From Candidatus Bathyarchaeia archaeon (GTDB lineage Archaea; Thermoproteota; Bathyarchaeia; Bathyarchaeales; Bathycorpusculaceae): DNA of 37,414 nucleotides. This document shows, in pieces, positions 28,168 through 37,312 of the stretch. Each line of letters begins with the position of its first letter. Position 1 is the stretch's first letter. Made by a program: the position numbers and the translations under genes. The stretch is taken from NCBI GenBank assembly GCA_037481775.1, contig JBBFKZ010000006.1:42787-80200 (forward strand), read 5' to 3'. Under the pieces are notes generated by a model that searched no databases, was not told the origin of the DNA, and saw only the letters and a program-made list of their open reading frames with translations.

Positions 28168-29529
28168 CTAGAGGCGTCTAATGTATCTATTGACTTCCCA
28201 TTCAGTTACTTGTGTTCGGTAGAGATCCCATTCTTTGCGTTTCTCTCGCAAGAAGTTCTCGAAAGCAACTTCGCCAAGCGTCTCGCGCATCAGTTTGCTG
28301 TTTTCCATCTCGTCTAATGCTTCTTTTAACGATTCGGGCAGTGAGACTATGCCTCGTTTCTTGCGTTCTTCATAGCTCATTTCGTAAACGTTTAGTTCCA
28401 CTGGCTCGCCTGGGTCTATCTTATTTTTAATGCCATCTAATCCAGCAGATAGGAGAACCGCAAACTGCAGGTACGGGTTTCCAGCGGGGTCAGGACAGCG
28501 AATCTCGCATCGGGCTGCTCCTTTTCTTCCTCCAAAGTTAGGCACCCTGATGAGCGGCGAACGGTTTTTGTGTGCCCACGCAAGATAAACTGGTGCTTCG
28601 AATCCTGGCACTAGACGTTTGTAGGAGTTAGGCCAAGAGGCAAGGACGGCGCACATTTCGCGTCCGTGAGCGAGTTGTCCGCCTATGAAGTTCATAGCGG
28701 TTTCCGAGAGATAACCCGTTTTTGGGTCATCATCGTAGAACAGGTTTTCAGTCATGTCTGTGTTCCAGAGGCTTTGGTGCGTGTGCATTCCTGAACCGTT
28801 GATTCCTGCAAAAGGCTTTGGCATGTACGTGGCTACGTAGCCGTTTTTTGCTGCTATCACTTTCGTAATCATTCGCATTGTCAGGGCTCTGTCGGCAGTA
28901 ACTAGCGCTTCATCATACTTGAAGTCAATTTCGTTTTGTCCTAAAGCCACTTCGTGGTGGGAGATTTCAATTTCAATGCCAAACTGTTCAGCAGTGTCAG
29001 CTATTTCCCGTCGCAAGTCGTCTGTGAGATCGCCCGGGTGAAAGTCAAAGTAGCCTGCCAAGTCAATTGGTGTTGGTAATGCTGAATCGTTCTCTTTTAC
29101 AATAAAGAATTCCTGCTCTGGAGCGCAAACATAGGTGAAGCCGGCTTCTCGAGCTTTGGCGATTGCTCTTTCGAGTATGTAGCGCGGATCACCTTCGAAG
29201 CGCTTGTACTCGGGAGTGTACACGTCGCAGATGAGTCTACAGGAGGATTTTTCTTTTGGCCGCCAGGGCAGAACCGCGAAGGTTGTTGGGTCAGGGAACA
29301 GCACCATGTCTGACTCTTCAATTGGTCGGTAGCCTGTTATGGATGAACCGTCGAAGGATTGGCCGTTTTCGAAAATGGATTTGATGTTTTTGGATGATAC
29401 TGCTAGGTTTTTTATGATGCCGTTTATGTCGGTAAATTGTAGTCTTACGAATTTTATATCTTGTTCTTTTATTTGTTTAACGACTTTTTCCACGTTTTCT
29501 TTCCAGACGGAGTCTTTGAAGTTTTTCAT
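28168..29529 (-). CDS. glnA: Glutamine synthetase type I
   Basis: LQFTDI.G, FDGSSI, HHEVA.GQ.E, MPKP..G.NGSGMH, NSYKRLVPG.EAP, NRS..IR.P, EIR.PDP..NPY. ATG 29529 follows GGAG (the ORF track starts at 29640). Confidence 0.97.
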   Translation of the reverse strand: MKNFKDSVWKENVEKVVKQIKEQDIKFVRLQFTDINGIIKNLAVSSKNIKSIFENGQSFDGSSITGYRPIEESDMVLFPDPTTFAVLPWRPKEKSSCRLICDVYTPEYKRFEGDPRYILERAIAKAREAGFTYVCAPEQEFFIVKENDSALPTPIDLAGYFDFHPGDLTDDLRREIADTAEQFGIEIEISHHEVALGQNEIDFKYDEALVTADRALTMRMITKVIAAKNGYVATYMPKPFAGINGSGMHTHQSLWNTDMTENLFYDDDPKTGYLSETAMNFIGGQLAHGREMCAVLASWPNSYKRLVPGFEAPVYLAWAHKNRSPLIRVPNFGGRKGAARCEIRCPDPAGNPYLQFAVLLSAGLDGIKNKIDPGEPVELNVYEMSYEERKKRGIVSLPESLKEALDEMENSKLMRETLGEVAFENFLREKRKEWDLYRTQVTEWEVNRYIRRL

Positions 29530-29573
29530 TTTTACGCATCTCCATAGCTTTTTCGTGTCTTGGTTTTCACATG

Positions 29574-29615
29574 TTATGGAAAACACATTTACCATAAACG
29601 TATATAAATTTATCG
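29574..29615 (-). promoter_or_regulatory. glnA promoter (BRE-TATA) followed by a 24-bp palindromic operator candidate
   Basis: Minus strand CGATAAA-TTTATATA (29615-29601), then TTATGGTAAA-TGTG-TTTTCCATAA (29597-29574; 9 of 10 arm pairs). Confidence 0.6.
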
Positions 29616-29719
29616 CATAAATAACTTGATAAATGTTCACAAAAATAGCAAATCATTAAAATTTTGCAAAATCAAAACCATATGCCATTTAACAAGAAAC
29701 GACGTTAAACCGCAAGCAA

Positions 29720-30187
29720 CTAAACCTCCCTGCGCAAGAAATCGCCAACATCCAAAACATTCTTAACAGCCACTTCATCGTCTCCTACAGCCTCATCCAA
29801 GGCGCATATTATCTTGCCAAAGCCCAAACACTCTCCGAACTCATTTACCACCAGCGTGTGAGCACCCCTCTTCCGAGAACCGTATATCGCGGTTATTCCC
29901 CGTCGAAAAATGTCTCTGCCACAAATGAACAGCCAAGCCGCCTGCTTATCGACAACAACTTTGTTAGCATCGCCCTTCGCGAGGATTGCCAACAAGTTAA
30001 AACTTGGAAAAAACTTTCCATTCTTCACTTTTCCCAGATAAATTCCAGCGTAATAGAAGTCTTGCCGCGTAACTTTACGCAATGCCTCATTCAAAAGAAA
30101 ATATCGCCCAGCTTTATTCACCACAGAATCAACATTCAAGGCTAGTTGAGCGCCGACTTGAGAAGCAAACTTTAAGATTGCCTTCAT
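29720..30187 (-). CDS. Nip7-like PUA-domain ribosome biogenesis protein
   Basis: G.YLG, F.PS, A.LF..GRD.F, VVN...E.LG.G, N..D.G.FLRRE; start overlaps the Nop2 stop. Confidence 0.85.
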   Translation of the reverse strand: MKAILKFASQVGAQLALNVDSVVNKAGRYFLLNEALRKVTRQDFYYAGIYLGKVKNGKFFPSFNLLAILAKGDANKVVVDKQAAWLFICGRDIFRRGITAIYGSRKRGAHTLVVNEFGECLGFGKIICALDEAVGDDEVAVKNVLDVGDFLRREV

Positions 30188-31074
30188 CGCTTTCCCTCAT
30201 GCTTTTTGAGTTTACAAACAAAAAAGCCCTGCGTTGAACCCGGCCAAATCCTTCTACATCGCGCCACAGAACTATCCAATTCCTTTCCGAAAACATTAGT
30301 CAAACCCCTTTGGCCGTGGCAATTAATCTCTTCAATTTGAAGCCCCAAATGCTTCACAGCCCAATCCATGTTAACCTCGTTTTCCTCAGGCTCCAAAGAA
30401 CAGGTTGAGTAAACAATTTCGCCCTCGCCATTTAGGCATGCAGCAGCCTCAGCTAAAATTTCCCGTTGCAACCGCGCATTGCGCTCAACATCCTTCAGTG
30501 TCCTTCTGTTAAACCAATCTTTATCCGCAGCAAAATTCCCCGAGCAAGGTGCATCTATAAGAATCCTGTCGAACCGCACTTTCAGCCTCGAGGCTTTTCT
30601 TGCGTCAAGCAAGTAAACAACAGTGTTACTTGTGTGGCAGCGTTCTAGATGATTTGCCAAAGCTGCGAGCCGCCGCTTTTTAACATCCAAAGCCACTATC
30701 AAGCCACTATTACCCATCAAATCCGCCAGCTGCACAGTTTTCCCACCTGGCGCAGCACAAGCATCAAGCACCCTTTTATCCTTCAAGTCCGTGAACAATG
30801 TAGCTGGAATCTGGGCTGCAGCCTCCTGAATAGAATATAATCCCAGCAAGTATTCAGTTGTGGCGCCTACCGAAACTTTGGATTCGCGAATCCAATAGCC
30901 AGCTTCAAGGAAAGGAATCTTGTCAAGATGAACACCTATGGCGCGCAGTCTTTCTTCAATGTTTTTGCCCTTTGCGTTGGTCCAGTTTATTCTGATGGCC
31001 TGCTTGGGCGTAGTGGCTTCAAATTCCCAACCTAACTGCTTATAACGGTTTACAAAAAACTCCTTACCAGACAT
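30184..31074 (-). CDS. RsmB/NOL1/Nop2 family RNA m5C methyltransferase
   Basis: IQEAA, LDACAAPGGKT, DAPCSG, YSTCSL..EENE, GFF. ATG 31074 lies about 25 nt after a TATA (the ORF track starts at 31137). Confidence 0.93.
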   Translation of the reverse strand: MSGKEFFVNRYKQLGWEFEATTPKQAIRINWTNAKGKNIEERLRAIGVHLDKIPFLEAGYWIRESKVSVGATTEYLLGLYSIQEAAAQIPATLFTDLKDKRVLDACAAPGGKTVQLADLMGNSGLIVALDVKKRRLAALANHLERCHTSNTVVYLLDARKASRLKVRFDRILIDAPCSGNFAADKDWFNRRTLKDVERNARLQREILAEAAACLNGEGEIVYSTCSLEPEENEVNMDWAVKHLGLQIEEINCHGQRGLTNVFGKELDSSVARCRRIWPGSTQGFFVCKLKKHEGKR

Positions 31075-31130
31075 CAATCGTGAAATAACCGCGCTTGCAA
31101 ATAAAAGCTTTTCAAGGTATGCGCAGAGGC

Positions 31131-31850
31131 TCAGCAACGTTCAAGAGCCGCAATTAACTCGCTCAGGCTCTTTATTGTCTGATCTGGACAGAATTGTTCC
31201 ACTTCTTTCTGCGGGCGCCGTTCGATAAATATGGTTTTCATGCCGATGCTTTTCGCGCCCTTAATATCTGCATCCACAGTGTCGCCTACAAAAACCGCTT
31301 CAGCGGCGCCAACGCCTAACTTATCTAACGCTGCTTGAAAGATTTCTGGGCTGGGTTTGCGCTTGTTAATTGCCGCCGACACGATCACAACATCAAAGAA
31401 CTTGGCCAGGTCATACATTTTCAGCAGTTTAATAACGCACTCTGGGATGGCAAAATTTGAAACTACTCCAAGCTTATACTTGCCATGAAGCCTCTGCAAA
31501 ACTTCAACGGTATAGTCGTCAATACACACGTACTCGATGAAGCCTTCGCAGAAAGCGTTCGACGCGCCAGCCACAACTTCGCTATTAACATCAAAGCTGA
31601 AGCCCAAATCCTTAAGCGCGTTTGAAATGCGAACATTAAAATGCGGTTCCTCCAATTTTGCATCAGCTTTTGCATAAAGCGCATCGCGAGCTTTTATGTA
31701 AGCATTCTTGAAGTCACTGAAGCTAGCATTCACGCCGTTTTTGACGAGAAACTTGTGCATTCGTTTTAACGAAGGATTATAGAACGCATGGTTCCTCTCA
31801 ATTAGCACTATCGTGTCAAACATGTCGAAGAGTACAGCTTTGATGGGCAT
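31131..31850 (-). CDS. HAD-superfamily hydrolase (subfamily IA)
   Basis: FDMFDT, VVSN, KPSPEIF, VGDT..ADI.GA. Confidence 0.9.
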   Translation of the reverse strand: MPIKAVLFDMFDTIVLIERNHAFYNPSLKRMHKFLVKNGVNASFSDFKNAYIKARDALYAKADAKLEEPHFNVRISNALKDLGFSFDVNSEVVAGASNAFCEGFIEYVCIDDYTVEVLQRLHGKYKLGVVSNFAIPECVIKLLKMYDLAKFFDVVIVSAAINKRKPSPEIFQAALDKLGVGAAEAVFVGDTVDADIKGAKSIGMKTIFIERRPQKEVEQFCPDQTIKSLSELIAALERC

Positions 31851-31906
31851 AGAGCTTGATCCTACACCACTAAAATTACATCAAACTTTAAAACGCTTCT
31901 CATGAG

Positions 31907-33295
31907 CTAATCGTGCTCCGCAAGATGCCAACTTCCTCTACTGCCGAGCGTATACGCTACGATGCTGCGTAATCGCGCGAGCAAGTTAATTAGCCAGAGA
32001 AACGGGAAAAATGGCGTGTATAAGACCAAGCGGTCATGGCGAAAACTATTGTAGGCATACTTCAGCGCGATTGCTTGGTTGACTATACTAATTAATAGAC
32101 CATAAACTGCAAACACGACGAGATTATATGCAAAGTGCAGCCTGTCAGGTGCAAACCAGAAGAGCAGCGGAAATGCTGAAACAGCCAATAAATCCACGAA
32201 TGCTCCGGCATACTCGAATATTAAACTGTACCATAATACTGCTGACAGCCATGAGCGTTTATTGAACAGGTCAACATGTATGTCCATTGTATTATGCAGC
32301 CATCCTGTAATCCATCGTAGCCGCTGATGCCACAAGGGCCTTAGCCGTTTAGGTGCATCTGTGCTGCTATAAGCAGTATTTATGTAGCCTACTTTTCCTC
32401 CACGCTTATGTATTTCTAAAGTGATTTCTGAATCCTCAGCTACACTGCGAATGTTTGATTCATTCAGGATGTTCCGCAATACATCTGCATCGTAGATGCC
32501 AATGGCTCCTGGAACAACAAGAACACAGTTGCCGAGCGCTTGAGCACAGCGGTCAATTCCCAATCCTTGACTGTACTCCAACTGCTGTAAAGCCACAAGA
32601 AATTTGCCTTTTGCGTCATCGGTTTTTGGGTGGATGTAGCCTGTAGCAGCGCTTTTCCCATTTGAAAGCATATAATCAACCAGTCTTTTCAGCGTGTAAG
32701 GCGCCCACTCAGAATCGCTGTCAACAACCGCGATTAATTGGCCTAAAGCCTTGTTTGCACCAGTTCTTAACGCTTCAGTTTTGCCAAGGTTCATCATGTG
32801 CCTTGATATCTTACAGTGGACTCTGTGGTTTTGGGTATGGAGCATTTTTGCGGCTGCGCATGCTTTTTCATAAGTATAGTCTGTGCTGCCGTCGTCAACT
32901 ACTATAATTTCGCAGTTGCCTTGGTAATTTTCTGCGCACTTAAAGAGACTAGCTATGCAGTTTGCTATGTTTTTTTCTTCATTGTAAGCTGGAACTACAA
33001 AGCTTACCATGGGATAGAATTCTTGTTTAGTCGCTGCATGTTGCTTTCTCGCGAAAAAGGCTGCTACAATCCAGATACCCGTAACGCCGATAGCTAAGAA
33101 TGTGTACCAACTATAAAAGAACCTCAGTAACCAGTACCAAATGGGGTTGGCAACTTGCTCAACTGCGGTGTAGCCAAATAACTTGTTTATTATCCATGTG
33201 GCTAAGAGCGGGAAGTACATCCATGAGAGCAGAGCCAGAATGAGGGGTATAGTAAACGCTATGTATTGTACTTTGAAGCGTCTAGTAAATTTCAT
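31907..33295 (-). CDS. Processive GT2 membrane glycosyltransferase (PgaC/IcaA/hyaluronan synthase-like)
   Basis: PAYNEE, DDGSTD, GK..AL, DSD, AED, QRLRW; N- and C-terminal TM helices. Confidence 0.9.
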   Translation of the reverse strand: MKFTRRFKVQYIAFTIPLILALLSWMYFPLLATWIINKLFGYTAVEQVANPIWYWLLRFFYSWYTFLAIGVTGIWIVAAFFARKQHAATKQEFYPMVSFVVPAYNEEKNIANCIASLFKCAENYQGNCEIIVVDDGSTDYTYEKACAAAKMLHTQNHRVHCKISRHMMNLGKTEALRTGANKALGQLIAVVDSDSEWAPYTLKRLVDYMLSNGKSAATGYIHPKTDDAKGKFLVALQQLEYSQGLGIDRCAQALGNCVLVVPGAIGIYDADVLRNILNESNIRSVAEDSEITLEIHKRGGKVGYINTAYSSTDAPKRLRPLWHQRLRWITGWLHNTMDIHVDLFNKRSWLSAVLWYSLIFEYAGAFVDLLAVSAFPLLFWFAPDRLHFAYNLVVFAVYGLLISIVNQAIALKYAYNSFRHDRLVLYTPFFPFLWLINLLARLRSIVAYTLGSRGSWHLAEHD

Positions 33296-33490
33296 TCTGT
33301 GCTGCCAGCCTCGAAGCCTTGCTCCATTCTCATGGAAGTGTTTGCTTTAGCTAATAAAGCAAGTATTCCCGAAAAAGCAATATTTCAGTTGCTATGCTTT
33401 GTGGTTGTTGCGGGTGTATTCTGCCGTCAGAAAAAGACTTATATTATATAGTGTGACATAAGATTTAACTATCAAGGCGGAAAAAACAAC

Positions 33491-33604
33491 ATGAAAAATT
33501 ATATAGACAAAGAAATCCGCTGGCAAGTTGTAAAATCCATGCTCGACGAATTTCCTACACTACACGAACGAGTTAAAGACTACATCAAAAAACAGAAAAA
33601 CTGA
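33491..33604 (+). CDS. Putative 37-aa small protein, not in the ORF track
   Basis: MKNYIDKEIRWQVVKSMLDEFPTLHERVKDYIKKQKN; upstream BRE-TATA (GAAAAAGAC-TTATATTA, about 33430-33446) and GGCGG SD-like motif. Confidence 0.55.
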   Translation: MKNYIDKEIRWQVVKSMLDEFPTLHERVKDYIKKQKN

Positions 33605-33677
33605 GCAACAGTTTGACACTTTAACGTTTACCACTAATTTTACAGCAACAACAAACATGACACGCTAAAAATAGGCA

Positions 33678-34007
33678 TTAAGCGTTTTTAAGCAGTTTCT
33701 GAGGCGGAATTTTCACACCATTCTTGCCCTTTTCAACCTGCTTCAGCAGCTCGGTCAATTCACAGTACCTTTGCAAAAAGTCCAAACCCTTTGCGGTTGC
33801 CGCATACACCATTTTTCCTTTGTCCGGAACCTTTTTCAGCAACTCATTTTTCAGCATAAACCTAAGATACTCGTTTAACTGCGTAAAGCTGAGGTTTGCC
33901 CGGTACATTATTTGAGTTTTCAAGGTGCCGTCTTTCGCGATTTCCAAAATTTCCGCGATTATGTTGAGTTTATCTCGCCGTTTTGATTCGACATCCGTTA
34001 TTTCCAT
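33678..34007 (-). CDS. Winged-helix transcriptional regulator (COG3432/HTH_45 type)
   Basis: RRDKL.II..IL, KTQIMY.ANLS...L..YL, Y..T.KG..FL. Confidence 0.88.
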   Translation of the reverse strand: MEITDVESKRRDKLNIIAEILEIAKDGTLKTQIMYRANLSFTQLNEYLRFMLKNELLKKVPDKGKMVYAATAKGLDFLQRYCELTELLKQVEKGKNGVKIPPQKLLKNA

Positions 34008-34181
34008 GCTAATTTCAGCTCTCCCATAGAACTGTTTTCTATAACTGAGTTAGAATCAGCGTATTTTAAGGGCTGTTTCGCTCGTCAACATATTACCATG
34101 CGGGAATATTCTATAGTATTCTTCTATAACGGGAAACCTTAATTTGCGTCGATGCGAAAAAACAGAAAACCGTGATGTAAA

Positions 34182-34679
34182 ATGCTGGTAGGCGTAATCT
34201 CTGATACGCATGATAACTTGCCCATGATCGATAAAGCAGTTAAAAGGCTTAATGAGGAAAAAGTCGGACTAGTGCTTCACGCAGGAGACTACGTTTCACC
34301 CTTCGTCATCCCCAAATTCAAAGCGTTAAACGCCCGGCTCATTGGTGTTTTCGGCAACAACGATGGCGACCGCGAGCTGTTAAAGAAGCGGTGCAGTGAA
34401 ACGGGAAACTGCGAAATACGCGGCAGATTCGCCGAAGTTAACGCTGAAGGCTTCAAAATGGCGTTGTTGCATGGCGACGAAACCGAACTACTCAATGCCT
34501 TGACTAATTGCGGCTGCTTTGATGCAGTGGTTTACGGTCATTTTCACGCTGATGTTTCTCGCGTCAACGGGAAAACTTTGGTTGTGAATCCCGGAGAAGT
34601 TTGCGGTTACATAACGGGCAAAACCACCATAGCGCTGCTGGACACGGCCAAACGAGAAGCGCGGATAATACCACTATAA
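34182..34679 (+). CDS. YfcE/MJ0936-family metallophosphoesterase
   Basis: SDTHDN, HAGD, GNND, HG, GHFH, NPG. Confidence 0.92.
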   Translation: MLVGVISDTHDNLPMIDKAVKRLNEEKVGLVLHAGDYVSPFVIPKFKALNARLIGVFGNNDGDRELLKKRCSETGNCEIRGRFAEVNAEGFKMALLHGDETELLNALTNCGCFDAVVYGHFHADVSRVNGKTLVVNPGEVCGYITGKTTIALLDTAKREARIIPL

Positions 34680-34809
34680 GCACTTATCTTTTTCTTTAAT
34701 GTATCGTGGATGGCGGCTTGCAACCGATGCCGCGCTTGTTTTTTGAGGAACCGCTGGGCAAGGTTTAAGAGTTACAGTTCACCTATTCTGTCGTGTAGGT
34801 GAATGAAAC

Positions 34810-34971
34810 ATGCCAACTCACGGGTCGCTTTCAAAAGCTGGAAAAGTTAGGTCGCAGACGCCGAAAATCCAGGCTGCAGAAAAAACTAAGCCTAATCCAA
34901 AGATCAGAAGCAAGCGCAATTATGAGAAGCGTATTATTCTGCAACGGAAAGCAGGGCAAAACTGGATGTAA
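34810..34971 (+). CDS. rps30e: 30S ribosomal protein eS30 (S30e), missed by the ORF track
   Basis: [21 protein letters not shown]...RNYEKR (53 aa); AGGTGA SD; TTTAAGA TATA at about 34764. Confidence 0.95.
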   Translation: MPTHGSLSKAGKVRSQTPKIQAAEKTKPNPKIRSKRNYEKRIILQRKAGQNWM

Positions 34972-35053
34972 ACCTTTTTCTAGCCGGAAGCCTTTTAAAA
35001 TTTTATCTTTTTGCAACGTGTAGTTTTTGTTGTACGTTTAAGCTGGTGTAACC

Positions 35054-36646
35054 TTGGAATCCGCTGATGCCGCACGGGAAGTCATAGATGCACTGCTGCT
35101 TTTGCCCTCGCCTACTCATGAGGACGTGCAGCGCATAAAGACGCAGGTTGCAGCTAAGCTCCAGCTTAAGCGGATACCATCCAACGCTGAGATCATAGCA
35201 GCTTTGCATCCTGAAGAAAAGCGCAGGCTACTGCCTCTTTTGCGGCGAAAAGCCACACGGACAATTTCAGGCGTTACTGTAATAGCAGTTATGACGAAGC
35301 CGCAGCCGTGTCCGCAGCTTGAACCATGCGCTTACTGTCCAGGCGGTCCAGCGCAAGGTGTGCCGCAGAGCTATACTGGGCATGAGCCTGCAGCCATGCG
35401 TGGAAGCCAAAATAGCTATGACCCGTATTTGCAGGTGAAAAGCCGCATTGATCAGCTTTCGGCGATTGGGCATCGCGTGGACAAGGTTGAGCTTATTGTT
35501 ATGGGCGGCACGTTTCCCGCAACGCCGCTTGAGTATCAAACATGGTTTATTCAGCGCTGCTTGGATGCAATCACTAGCGTGACGTCTTCAAGCTTGGAGG
35601 AGGCAAAATCTGAGGCGGAAACCAGCAGAATCCGCAATGTGGGCATAACCGTGGAGACAAGACCGGACTGGTGCAAGCAGCCGCATGTGGACGCTATGCT
35701 CAGCATGGGCGTAACCCGCGTGGAAATAGGCGTGCAGAACCCGTCTGACGAGATTTACCGCTTGGTGGGCAGAACCCACACAGTGGCGGATGTTATTGAA
35801 GCCACGCGTATCGCCAAAGATGCCGGTTTAAAAGTCGGTTATCACCTTATGCCTGGAATGCCCGGCTCGAATCCAGAGGCTGATTTGGCGGCTTTCAAAC
35901 GGGTTTTTGCTGATGCAGCGTTCAAGCCGGACATGCTAAAAATTTACCCTTGTCTGGTAATTGAAGGCACGAAGGTTTATGAGTGGTATCGCAAGGGCAC
36001 TTACAAGCCATACTCAACTGAGGAGGCTGCGGCGCTTATCGCCGAAGTCAAAAAGGCACTTCCGCCATGGGTGCGCGTCATGCGCGTTCAACGCGACATC
36101 CCCGCAGGCCTAATTGTAGCAGGTGTGGACAAGAGCAATCTCCGCCAGCTAGTCCATCGCCGACTGGCGGCGCAGGGCCGACGGTGCCGCTGTATACGCT
36201 GCAGAGAAGTAGGGCACCGCTCGGTGGTTGACGGCGTAAATCCTGACCCTGAGAACGTGGAGATTTTGACCACACGATACGAGGCCTCTGAGGGCGAAGA
36301 AATCTTCATTTCAGCCGAAGACACCCAAAACGACGTGTTAATCGGGTATTTGCGGCTGCGTGTTCCCTCAGCCAAAGCATACCGACCGGAAGTAACCGCG
36401 GTGCCTTCAGCTATAGTGCGCGAGCTTCACGTTTACGGTCCCGTGGTGCCCGTGGGTCAGCGCTCAGCCAAGGCATGGCAGCACAAGGGCTACGGCGCGG
36501 TTCTGCTAAGCGAGGCGGAGCGTTTGGCGCGTGAAGAATACGACTTAAAGAAGCTTCTGGTTATCAGCGCGTTGGGCACGAAACGGTACTACATGCGCTT
36601 CGGCTATAAGTATGACAGCGCATACGTCGCAAAAACGCTACATTAA
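35054..36646 (+). CDS. elp3: Elp3 radical SAM/GNAT tRNA U34 carboxymethyltransferase
   Basis: RTISGV, CP....CAYCPGG, QSYTG.EPA, MGGTF, ETRPD, KIYP, RVQRDIP, CRCIRCRE, RELHVYG, QHKGYG. Confidence 0.96.
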   Translation: MESADAAREVIDALLLLPSPTHEDVQRIKTQVAAKLQLKRIPSNAEIIAALHPEEKRRLLPLLRRKATRTISGVTVIAVMTKPQPCPQLEPCAYCPGGPAQGVPQSYTGHEPAAMRGSQNSYDPYLQVKSRIDQLSAIGHRVDKVELIVMGGTFPATPLEYQTWFIQRCLDAITSVTSSSLEEAKSEAETSRIRNVGITVETRPDWCKQPHVDAMLSMGVTRVEIGVQNPSDEIYRLVGRTHTVADVIEATRIAKDAGLKVGYHLMPGMPGSNPEADLAAFKRVFADAAFKPDMLKIYPCLVIEGTKVYEWYRKGTYKPYSTEEAAALIAEVKKALPPWVRVMRVQRDIPAGLIVAGVDKSNLRQLVHRRLAAQGRRCRCIRCREVGHRSVVDGVNPDPENVEILTTRYEASEGEEIFISAEDTQNDVLIGYLRLRVPSAKAYRPEVTAVPSAIVRELHVYGPVVPVGQRSAKAWQHKGYGAVLLSEAERLAREEYDLKKLLVISALGTKRYYMRFGYKYDSAYVAKTLH

Positions 36647-36714
36647 GCTGTCGAGAATTAGGGTACGATTTTTGATTATATTGCCTCTATTTATAGTTAA
36701 ACTAAAAATTGATT

Positions 36715-37125
36715 CTAATTGTCAATCTCTGTTTCGGCTAATGAATTAACACTGACTGGCTTGCCTAACTGGGAAATAGCCTGTAACAAAACAGGATCGC
36801 CTTCGGTTACAACAAAATACTGCTCTGGGATACTGGATAGTTTTTCTGCTGTTATTTCTACTTTTGGAGCCGCAATATATGGAATTAGAATCAACAATGC
36901 GACGCAAAACAGAAAGAGCACTGCAAGCATCGCTACAAGAACCTTTGACACGCCAACTTTAGAGCATGCTCGTGCATCCTGCTTGCGGCGGATGCTATGT
37001 AACTTTGCTTTTTTCCACTTCTCTGAAAAATGGATAACGAATTTTAGGGCTAACGGACTGCCTTTTTGAAATAAATTCGGTTGCTCTTGTGTGCCCAGGG
37101 CATTTTTGTTAGACACATTGAGCAC
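36715..37125 (-). CDS. Hypothetical single-TM protein, possibly truncated
   Basis: One hydrophobic helix (VLVAMLAVLFLFCVALLILIPY) followed by a short soluble segment; start uncertain. Confidence 0.4.
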   Translation of the reverse strand: MLNVSNKNALGTQEQPNLFQKGSPLALKFVIHFSEKWKKAKLHSIRRKQDARACSKVGVSKVLVAMLAVLFLFCVALLILIPYIAAPKVEITAEKLSSIPEQYFVVTEGDPVLLQAISQLGKPVSVNSLAETEIDN

Positions 37126-37312
37126 CAGTTAATAATGCAATATTGGTTACGTAAAAGGATTATCTACGTTATAGAATATCTTAATTAGCGCAAAATCAGT
37201 CAATTTGTCTCTAAATTAACTTTGGTATGTAAGCGCTGCTGGCAGGTTATTGTGCGATAAAGTTAAAGCCCTAAAACGCCTTCTTCTCCAATGAATTGGC
37301 GGAGAACCATAA

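Noticed and set aside
29530-29640. 37-aa N-terminal extension of GlnA in the ORF track
   Set aside because: It runs through the promoter and palindrome; ATG 29529 has an SD and gives a normal-length protein.
34713-34733. GCGGC-N11-GCCGC hairpin upstream of eS30
   Set aside because: Only a 5-bp stem; no tRNA, SRP or riboswitch features.
34799-35209. ORF-track ORFs 34799-35023, 34831-35016 and 35003-35209
   Set aside because: These are shadow frames of eS30 and elp3.
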